Shown here one piece after another: positions 8,537 through 15,893 of a stretch of DNA of 32,000 nt. The DNA is taken from NCBI RefSeq assembly GCF_003072485.1, contig NZ_CP025989.1, forward strand, positions 660,001-692,000. Reading direction: 5' to 3'. The notes under the pieces were generated by a model. The model had not been told where the DNA came from. It made no database searches and saw only the letters and a program-made list of their open reading frames with translations. Every line of letters begins with the position of its first letter. The stretch's first letter is position 1. The stretch comes from Candidatus Fokinia solitaria. Lineage in GTDB: Bacteria > Pseudomonadota > Alphaproteobacteria > Rickettsiales > Midichloriaceae. Made by a program: the position numbers and the translations under genes.

Positions 8537-9883
8537 CTATTGTTCTCTTGTTATTTCGAGAGTAGTATTTTTTAGTCTTTGCGGTATATTTCCGTACCCT
8601 CTTTCCAACTTGTCTGCATCGTCTAATATAGTATCGCCTTTTGCAAGAACTGCTGCAATAAGATAAGCTAATCCAGCTCTGATATCAGGTACAACTATAG
8701 GCTCTTTCAATGCGTGCAGTTCCGTTTTACCTTTTACTATCGCACTATGCGGATGATAGTATCCTCTATAACGACAATTTGAGCTACCAAGACATGAGTG
8801 AAATATAGAAATATCAGCACCTAATTGATTCAACATATCAGTATAACCTAGTCTATTTTCATATACCGTCTCATGCACTACTGAAGTGCCACGCGCTTGA
8901 GTTAGCATTACAGTAAACGGTTGCTGCCAATCAGTAGAAAAGCCTGGATATACGTCTGTTTCAAGCACAAGTGGCGATATTACGCTATTATATTCGCTAT
9001 AAAATCGTATTGAATTTTCTGAAAGAATTTCGAATCTACCTCCTGCCATATTCAAATACGACAGAAAGATACCAAGAAGCTCAGGATTAATCCCTTGCAA
9101 CGTAATATCACTACCTCTTACAGTGCATGCAAGTAACGCCCACGATACCGCTTCTATTCTATCTCCTATAACATGAAAATTCACGCCTTTTAACTGCTTT
9201 ACTCCATGCACAATCAACTCTCGATTCGGATTGATGAAGATCACAGCGCCCATGCATCTTAACATGGAAATTAAATGCATTATTTCCGGTTCCATCGCTA
9301 TGTTTTTTATGACACTCATACCATCAGCTAATACAGCTAGAAATAAGCATGTCTCAGTAGCGCCAACTGAAGGATATGGAAGAGTAAAATGAGTACCAGA
9401 CAATTTATGATTTTTACGCGCACGAAAGCAATTATTACCGACCTCTACCTCTCCGTTAAACATTCTTATAGCTTCAACGTGAAAATCGACTTTTCTTTTA
9501 CCAATCTCATCACCCGTAATAGTAGGCACTTCTACTTCATCGAACAATTGTAATAATACGCTAAGAAGCAATATCGGAATTCTATTTGTAGCAGAATCCG
9601 GCAATACAACTATTGCTTTAGATATAGAACGAGGATCGATCGTCACTTTACCAAAGTGAGAGTTATCATCTCTATCAAACTTCACATCAGCACCTGTCAT
9701 CTCTATCATTTTTCTTGTAATCTCTACGTCTCCGATATATGGCATATTCCACAAAGTACTCTCAGTACTACCAAGCATCGATGCAAGCATCACTTTTGTT
9801 GCAAGATTTTTAGCACCTAAGCATTGTATATTACCTATAATTGGAGTACCGCCGCGTATTTTATACCTTATTTTCGTTGTCAT
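8537..9883 (-). CDS. murA: UDP-N-acetylglucosamine 1-carboxyvinyltransferase (MurA), Cys-to-Asp active-site variant
   Basis: GAKNLATKVMLASML, TGDEIGKRKVDFHVEA (GCAIGxRPVDLH loop), GFSTDWQQPFTVML, HETVYENR, DIRAGLAYLIAAVLAKG. Confidence 0.95.
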   Translation of the reverse strand: MTTKIRYKIRGGTPIIGNIQCLGAKNLATKVMLASMLGSTESTLWNMPYIGDVEITRKMIEMTGADVKFDRDDNSHFGKVTIDPRSISKAIVVLPDSATNRIPILLLSVLLQLFDEVEVPTITGDEIGKRKVDFHVEAIRMFNGEVEVGNNCFRARKNHKLSGTHFTLPYPSVGATETCLFLAVLADGMSVIKNIAMEPEIMHLISMLRCMGAVIFINPNRELIVHGVKQLKGVNFHVIGDRIEAVSWALLACTVRGSDITLQGINPELLGIFLSYLNMAGGRFEILSENSIRFYSEYNSVISPLVLETDVYPGFSTDWQQPFTVMLTQARGTSVVHETVYENRLGYTDMLNQLGADISIFHSCLGSSNCRYRGYYHPHSAIVKGKTELHALKEPIVVPDIRAGLAYLIAAVLAKGDTILDDADKLERGYGNIPQRLKNTTLEITREQ

Positions 9884-10425
9884 CGTTTCTTCTTTTCATA
9901 TTTACGATTTTTGACAGGATAAGAAGTAAAGACGTATAATCCGATATCATCATCCCGTGCAGTAGCTTTTAGCACAACATTCGCACGTTTTAAATTCATT
10001 TTCTCACCATCATTCTGAATACCGAAGCCTATTTCCTTAGATGCGTCCGTAGTGACAAGCAATGAGGCTTTCTTTCTTTTATCGCCATTTTCCTTTACTT
10101 TTCCGATATTTTCTAACCATTCACATATTTTATCCTTATTCTCTTTTAATGCTTTTCGGATAGTTTCATTTGCAGATTCTTCGCTAAAGTACGTCGATAC
10201 AAAGCTTACACTTCTACAATGCATTTTACTTTTCAGCCATTTTTCACTTTTTCCAATGTGCTCTGAATATGTATGAGAAAAAAACATACGATCATTTTCA
10301 CTGACGTCAAATTTTGCAGCATACTGCAGCAATTTTCCTTCACATACCGTCTTCTTCTCTTCTGCTAGACTAACGGTAGCGGTGCATACCGATAATGCTA
10401 GTAATGCATATATTAATCTTTTCAT
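9880..10425 (-). CDS. Predicted exported protein with a putative bacterial RNase A-like (CdiA-CT type) domain
   Basis: Signal peptide MKRLIYALLALSVCTATVSLA, then HTYSEHIGKSEKWLKSKM...SVSFVSTYFSEESANETIRKALKENKDKICEWLE...KEIGFGIQNDG...RANVVLKATARDDDIGLYVFTSYP, matching the remembered family pattern H-x-HVGK...S(S/T)F.....A...I...L..N...I..WL...G.....VVL.......TAYP. Confidence 0.55.
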   Translation of the reverse strand: MKRLIYALLALSVCTATVSLAEEKKTVCEGKLLQYAAKFDVSENDRMFFSHTYSEHIGKSEKWLKSKMHCRSVSFVSTYFSEESANETIRKALKENKDKICEWLENIGKVKENGDKRKKASLLVTTDASKEIGFGIQNDGEKMNLKRANVVLKATARDDDIGLYVFTSYPVKNRKYEKKKR

Positions 10426-10633
10426 ATTACTTGCGATATTTCCTTTCTCTTTTACATTAGCTTGCTTCTCCTTTCTATAATTACTTGAGAGTACTCATAC
10501 ATTTTTCAAGTATTTGTCGTAAATTTTCTCTCATCATAAAACAACGGAGTGCATTTCAACTTCTCAAGATTATTGTGCTACATGTAAACAATATCGTTGT
10601 ATATAAGCATTTAAACTAGTAAATGTGCGCACG

Positions 10634-10972
10634 TAGTATATAAGCCGAGTTCTGTAGTGCTAATAGCACCGAGAGTCATTTCTCTAGCCTTGCCGTCTCC
10701 AGCAAGTTCCAGCGATCTACCCTAGAACAATTACTCTCAGAAGAGGAGAGGCAAGAAATAAATCTTGCATGTTCTGCTACTTGATCTTGCTTCAAATGGG
10801 GTTTGCAATGCAAATCTCGTCACCGAGATCACGGTAAGCTCTTACCTCACCTTTTCACCCTTACCATAAAGGCGGTATATTTTCTGTTGCACTTTCCCTT
10901 AGGCATTAATACCTAGCTAGGCATTACCTAGCATTTTTCTTCAGCGAAGCTCGGACTTTCCTCTATACTTTA
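10634..10972 (-). ncRNA. rnpB: RNase P RNA (ends approximate)
   Basis: Minus-strand sequence contains GAGGAAAGTCCGAGCTTCG, GAAAGTGCAACAGAAAATATACCGCC, GGTAAGGGTGAAAAGGTGAGGTAAGAGCTTACCG, GCAAACCCC and the 3' ACAGAACTCGGCTTATA. AGTATA/TATACT can close helix P1. Confidence 0.95.
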
Positions 10973-11034
10973 AAAGTATAGCGACTCTCCAACTACGTAC
11001 CTACTTATTGTACATGAACTGCTTTCTGATGCAA

Positions 11035-11463
11035 TCATTGCACATCTACTTGCTTTGTATATTTTCGCATAAGTGCACTGAATGCCCGTAAATAGTCGCG
11101 ATACAAAGTATCGATATCGGATACTGCTGCTTCTTTACGCAAGATGAGTACAATATAGATCGTTTTATCAGCTAACTTATGCAATTTCGCATGCTTTCTC
11201 GCTACCTCTCGAACTAACCTCTTCACATGGTTGCGAAGTACAGCGTTGCCGACACGTTTACTTGTGACGGTACCAAAGTAATATCCACAACGAGTTGCAG
11301 TATTTTTCACATCCATGAACATTACAAAGCTTGATACTATAAATCTCTTAGCATCATGTAATATGGATTTTATCGAATATTCAGACTCTTTAATCAATGC
11401 AAAATGAGACGATCGCTGCAGTGAAGAACTTGCAGGCATTCTCGCGACTCTAAATTTCATCAA
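11035..11463 (-). CDS. rnpA: Ribonuclease P protein component
   Basis: GYYFGTVTSKRVGNAVLRNHVKRLVREVAR matches the RnpA RNR signature (S+K+G.AV.RN..KR..RE). C-terminal YIVLILRKEAA...LYRDYLRAFSALMRK. Confidence 0.9.
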   Translation of the reverse strand: MMKFRVARMPASSSLQRSSHFALIKESEYSIKSILHDAKRFIVSSFVMFMDVKNTATRCGYYFGTVTSKRVGNAVLRNHVKRLVREVARKHAKLHKLADKTIYIVLILRKEAAVSDIDTLYRDYLRAFSALMRKYTKQVDVQ

Positions 11464-11468
11464 AATAT

Positions 11469-12560
11469 CTATATCGCGTATACATCGTTACAGAGGACAT
11501 CCTCACTTGGAAGCTGTGAGTCTTCAGCAAACTTTGCAGCTGCATACACTATTGATTTTACTTTCTCATTAATAGCATTGAGATCCTTTTCGCGTTCTTT
11601 GGATATGGAGAGAATTTTATCTTTAAGTACAGTTATAGGATCGACATTCTTATACTCTTCCACTTCTTCTTTTGTTCTATATTTTGCAGGATCTGACATT
11701 GAATGCCCTCTATATCTATACGTTTTACACTCTACTATTATAGGACCATTATTAGACGCGACATAATCTCGTGCTTCAATTAACTTACAATGCGCTTCTT
11801 CTACATCCATACCATTAATTACAAAACCTGGAATACCGAAAGAAACACCTCGTGCATACATCGTATTCGGAGTACATGATGCTCTATTCACAGACGTACC
11901 CATACCATATTCGTTATTCTCTATTATGTACACCACAGGTATATTCCATAACTTTGCCATATTGAATGCTTCGTACACTTGCCCTTGATTTACAGCACCA
12001 TCTCCCATTACTACGAAACATACTGCATCTTTTTTCTGATACTTCATAGACATTGCTATTCCAGTACCAACTGACACCTGTGCACCTACTATACCATGTC
12101 CTCCATAGAATCCTCTTTTTATATCAAACATATGCATTGAACCGCCTTTCCCTGCAGAACATCCAGTAGCTTTACCTAAGAGTTCAGCCATGATAGCGTT
12201 TGGATCTCCTCCAATTGCAAGCATCATACCATGATCTCTATAACTTGTGATTATAGCGTCCTCCGCCTTCATACACTCAGACAAACCAACGGCCACCGCT
12301 TCCTGTCCTATGTACAAATGACAGAAACCACCTATCATGCCCATACCATATAATTGCCCTGCTTTTTCTTCGAATCTTCTCAATAAAAGAGCTTTTTCAT
12401 AGAAGCGCAACAATTCTTCTACATTGTACGACTTTGCTACTGCATCACTCTTTGTATCAATATGCGAAAACGCAGCAGCAAGCTGTGCTACACCCTCATT
12501 TACGCTTTTTGGAAAGAAGTGCTGCGTCGTACCAAAGTTTTTCGAAGATTGCTTGTGCAT
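11469..12560 (-). CDS. pdhA: Pyruvate dehydrogenase E1 component, alpha subunit
   Basis: EEKAGQLYGMGMIGGFCHLYIGQEAVAVG, GKATGCSAGKGGSMHMF, GGHGIVGAQVSVGTGIA, VVMGDGAVNQGQVYEAFNMA, YGMGTSVNR, CKTYRYRGHSMSDPAKYR. Confidence 0.97.
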   Translation of the reverse strand: MHKQSSKNFGTTQHFFPKSVNEGVAQLAAAFSHIDTKSDAVAKSYNVEELLRFYEKALLLRRFEEKAGQLYGMGMIGGFCHLYIGQEAVAVGLSECMKAEDAIITSYRDHGMMLAIGGDPNAIMAELLGKATGCSAGKGGSMHMFDIKRGFYGGHGIVGAQVSVGTGIAMSMKYQKKDAVCFVVMGDGAVNQGQVYEAFNMAKLWNIPVVYIIENNEYGMGTSVNRASCTPNTMYARGVSFGIPGFVINGMDVEEAHCKLIEARDYVASNNGPIIVECKTYRYRGHSMSDPAKYRTKEEVEEYKNVDPITVLKDKILSISKEREKDLNAINEKVKSIVYAAAKFAEDSQLPSEDVLCNDVYAI

Positions 12561-12587
12561 GCACAGTTAATTAAGGTTAAAAAAATC

Positions 12588-12845
12588 CTACCTTTTTATA
12601 ATATTTTTCTCCGTACACAAGGACATCAGTTTAGCGACTCTTTTCGAGACCTGTGCACCTTGTGAAATCAGAAACTCTGCTTTCTCAAGATCTATCTTAA
12701 ATTTATCTGATGGTTCGCAATTTAACACAGGATTATAATATCCGAGATTATATTTAAATTTACCATCTCTCGGCGCTCTGACATCAGCGGCAACAATACG
12801 GAAAGGCTTTCCTCTGGTACGCGCTAACCTAATCTTTAAAGACAT
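12588..12845 (-). CDS. rpsP: 30S ribosomal protein S16 (start corrected from the longer ORF call)
   Basis: [39 protein letters not shown]. The upstream part of ORF 12588..13022 is readthrough of a tRNA gene. ATG complement lies at 12843-12845. Confidence 0.93.
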   Translation of the reverse strand: MSLKIRLARTRGKPFRIVAADVRAPRDGKFKYNLGYYNPVLNCEPSDKFKIDLEKAEFLISQGAQVSKRVAKLMSLCTEKNIIKR

Positions 12846-12875
12846 ACTAATTACGTGAATTATTATTTTGTCACG

Positions 12876-12958
12876 TACCTCTGACTGGACTCGAACCAGC
12901 ACATCCGCAAAGACAGCAGATTTTGAGTCTGCCGCGTCTACCATTCCGCCACAGAGGC
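12876..12958 (-). tRNA. tRNA-Leu, anticodon CAA
   Basis: Minus strand GCCTCTGTGGCGGAATGGTAGACGCGGCAGACTCAAAATCTGC...GGTTCGAGTCCAGTCAGAGGTA: 7-bp acceptor stem (terminal G-U), anticodon stem GCAGA/TCTGC with loop CTCAAAA, long class II variable arm, T-loop GGTTCGAGTCC. No genomically encoded CCA. Confidence 0.95.
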
Positions 12959-13068
12959 ATATATTGGATACTATACCAAAACTGTAAGGACTGCAATAAA
13001 CACATTCACTAAGCTGCAACAATCAGATATTATCATATAAACTTGCTTTTGAATCATATGCAAAGTTA

Positions 13069-14124
13069 ATGAAACAGAATATTCTAAACTACTCTAAACA
13101 GGAGGTGGCAAATCATTTTGTAGAAAACAATATCGAGAAAGGATTTAGAGCGGCGCAAATATTCTCATGGTTATACGACAGAGGCATTACCTCTTTTGAT
13201 ATGATGCATAATGTACCGATCATACTAAGAAAGTATCTCATTGAAAATTTCGATATCACAATACCAATATGTAGAAAAGAATCCATTTCAACAGATGGTA
13301 CAATAAAGTGGCAATTAAGCACTGAAGAAAATGATCCAAAACTTGATATTGAGACCGTATATATACCGGAAATGGAGAGAAATACGTTATGTATATCTTC
13401 ACAAGTAGGATGTCCTATAAGATGCACATTCTGTCATACTGGCACACAAAAATTTGCTAAAAATCTCACAGCAGGAGAAATAATCGGGCAATTACTATTT
13501 GCTTATAAGAGACTTCAAGTACTCAGAACGGAAGCAGGTAATATATCTAATGTTGTTTTTATGGGCATGGGAGAGCCATTGCTGAACTACAATAATGTAG
13601 TGAAAGCAATCAAGACTATTACAACGGCGAAAATCTTCAACATCACATCAAAGAAAATTACTGTATCAACATCTGGCGTAGTACCTCAAATCAAAGCTCT
13701 TGGAAATGACACAAAAGTGAAGTTAGCAATCTCTTTGCACGCAGTAAAAGATGAAATAAGAAATCACTTAGTACCATTAAATAAGAAATATCCAATACCG
13801 GTACTACTGGAGGCATGTGAAGAATATCATCAAATTACGAAGGAAAAAATAACCTTTGAATACGTTATGCTGAAAGATATCAATGATTCAGATGACGATG
13901 CGTATACAATGATCAAAGCAGTACAAAACGTAAACTGTAAAATTAACCTCATCCCCTTTAATAGATGGGAAGGTAGTCGCTATTGTTCTTCAACAAATGA
14001 ACAAATTCTACGTTTTCAGCAAATTCTTAAAAATGCGGGATATGCTACAACTGTGAGAAAAAACAGAGGACAAGACATTATGGCAGCGTGTGGACAGTTA
14101 AAGTCAAATTGTAATACGATATAA
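13069..14124 (+). CDS. rlmN: Dual-specificity 23S rRNA/tRNA adenine C2-methyltransferase RlmN (radical SAM)
   Basis: CISSQVGCPIRCTFCHTGTQKFAKNLTAGEIIGQ, VFMGMGEPLLNY, VSTSGVVPQI, LAISLHAVKDEIRNHLVPLNKKYP, RGQDIMAACGQL. Confidence 0.97.
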   Translation: MKQNILNYSKQEVANHFVENNIEKGFRAAQIFSWLYDRGITSFDMMHNVPIILRKYLIENFDITIPICRKESISTDGTIKWQLSTEENDPKLDIETVYIPEMERNTLCISSQVGCPIRCTFCHTGTQKFAKNLTAGEIIGQLLFAYKRLQVLRTEAGNISNVVFMGMGEPLLNYNNVVKAIKTITTAKIFNITSKKITVSTSGVVPQIKALGNDTKVKLAISLHAVKDEIRNHLVPLNKKYPIPVLLEACEEYHQITKEKITFEYVMLKDINDSDDDAYTMIKAVQNVNCKINLIPFNRWEGSRYCSSTNEQILRFQQILKNAGYATTVRKNRGQDIMAACGQLKSNCNTI

Positions 14125-14191
14125 GTTGCTAATACTGCCATTTCGTTATAGAATCGTGGCATGCAATACATTTAGAAATGAGATGCGTAAT

Positions 14192-15046
14192 ATGAGTCAC
14201 CTAGGGAAAGGGTTATCAGCCTTAATCTCGGAGGCAAGTACTTCATTTACACAAACAGAATCTCTTCGAGGATCATCGCTTCTACCTCTCAACATTATTA
14301 CCTTTAATCCAGCACAACCGCGAAAAACGATTGATACAGATGAGTTGAACGAATTAGCTTCCTCTATAAAACAATTTGGTGTGCTACAGCCAATTATCGT
14401 AAGAAAGATGGATGATAAATTATATCAAATAATAGCAGGTGAGAGACGGTATCATGCTTCTAAAATAGCAGGATTAGAAGAGATTCCTGTAATAATAAGA
14501 AATTCTGATGAGCTTGAATCTATGGAAATCGCCTTAGTGGAAAACACACAGAGAGCCGATCTGAATACTATAGAGGAAGCTGAAGCATATAAGAAATTTT
14601 CTACAGACTTTGGGTATACTCATGAGATGCTTGCTGAGAAATTCGGCAAAAGCAGAAGTTATATTGCAAATACAATAAGACTACTTAAGTTGCCGGAAAA
14701 AGTAAGGAAAATGATAATTAATGGACAGATTAGTGCCGGACATGCAAGAGCAATGGTGTGTACTGATAATCCTGAAGAAATAGCGAACAAAATCGTAGAG
14801 AAGAATCTTACTGTGAGAGATGTAGAAAAGCTTGCTAAATCGGAAGAAGAGGAAGGAAATAGCAAGAAAAGTACAGCTATGCCCGATAATGCATTACTGG
14901 AAATGGAAAAATTATTAAGCAGTGCACTGAATGCGAAGGTAAAGATATCGGCAGGAAATAAAAACTATAAACTCACTATTACATGTAAAGAGTTAAACGA
15001 ATTGGATAACCTTGCATTTAAAATCACATTAGGTAATGCTAAGTAG
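14192..15046 (+). CDS. parB: Chromosome partitioning protein ParB (start corrected to MSHLGKG)
   Basis: MSHLGKGLSALISE, QPRKTIDTDELNELASSIKQFGVLQPIIVR, YQIIAGERRYHASKIAGLEEIPVIIRN, ALVENTQRADLNTIEEAEAYK, LAEKFGKSRSYIANTIRLLKLP, GQISAGHARAM. Confidence 0.95.
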   Translation: MSHLGKGLSALISEASTSFTQTESLRGSSLLPLNIITFNPAQPRKTIDTDELNELASSIKQFGVLQPIIVRKMDDKLYQIIAGERRYHASKIAGLEEIPVIIRNSDELESMEIALVENTQRADLNTIEEAEAYKKFSTDFGYTHEMLAEKFGKSRSYIANTIRLLKLPEKVRKMIINGQISAGHARAMVCTDNPEEIANKIVEKNLTVRDVEKLAKSEEEEGNSKKSTAMPDNALLEMEKLLSSALNAKVKISAGNKNYKLTITCKELNELDNLAFKITLGNAK

Positions 15047-15048
15047 CT

Positions 15049-15888
15049 TTATGTAAGTTTAATACCTCCAAACTGCTCGTTCAACACTCTCTTATCAAGC
15101 CCCTCTCTGCCGCTGAACAGTAGCACTGTTCGTAATGCATTATTCATGCTTACCGATACAGTAGACACATCTCTACACTCCCAAAAATCAGCAGTGGCAT
15201 TTACAGGTCTTTTCTCCGCTTCTAATATAGAAAATTCTACTCTACTAGAATCTTCAATAACTGCCCCGTTCCATCCACGTGGACGAAATATACATATAGG
15301 TGTCATTGCAATACATCTTGAATTTAATGGTAATATAGGACCACGTGCTGCAGAGTTATATGCAGTACTTCCGGCAGGAGTTGCTACTAATATACCATCT
15401 CCAACAATATTTCCCATATTCGTAGAATTCAGATATATTTCTATTTTTGCGCTTTGCTTCGTCTGCCTAATCAAAGATACTTCATTTACTGCGTGATATA
15501 CACTCATCGAACCGTCACTATGCCTTACTTCCATAGCTAACGTTGGCAGCATTACTATTCTAGCAGTAAGTATATCGTTCATCAGTACGCCTACAACATA
15601 CTTGTTCAGCAAAAACCCTACAGTACCTGCATTAATTCCGTAAATCTGAATACGATATTCGAGTAACGCATGAATTGCCTTCAACATGAATCCATCTCCT
15701 CCTATAACTACAACAACATCGCATTTAATATCGCTGAATCTCAATCCACTATCATACTCACAAGAACAAACACGTAAATCTGAAACAGTGAGTAGGTAGT
15801 AATCTGATATCCCTTCTCGCTCTTTGACAATATGCCAAACTGCTAAAGCCTTCTGAGAATCCTGATCTACAGCAAAGCATACAATCAT
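15049..15888 (-). CDS. nadK: NAD kinase
   Basis: VVVVIGGDGFMLKAIH, YGINAGTVGFLLN, NEVSLIRQTKQSAKIEIYLN, GDGILVATPAGSTAYNSAARGPILP. Confidence 0.9.
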   Translation of the reverse strand: MIVCFAVDQDSQKALAVWHIVKEREGISDYYLLTVSDLRVCSCEYDSGLRFSDIKCDVVVVIGGDGFMLKAIHALLEYRIQIYGINAGTVGFLLNKYVVGVLMNDILTARIVMLPTLAMEVRHSDGSMSVYHAVNEVSLIRQTKQSAKIEIYLNSTNMGNIVGDGILVATPAGSTAYNSAARGPILPLNSRCIAMTPICIFRPRGWNGAVIEDSSRVEFSILEAEKRPVNATADFWECRDVSTVSVSMNNALRTVLLFSGREGLDKRVLNEQFGGIKLT

Positions 15889-15893
15889 CTTTT

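Noticed and set aside
10052-10276. 74-aa plus-strand ORF, considered as a possible immunity gene for the RNase A-like protein
   Set aside because: Fully antisense to the toxin-like gene, Phe/Ser/Leu-rich as expected from AT-rich complement, with no independent evidence.
15146-15496. 116-aa plus-strand ORF opposite nadK
   Set aside because: Fully antisense to the conserved NAD kinase motifs.
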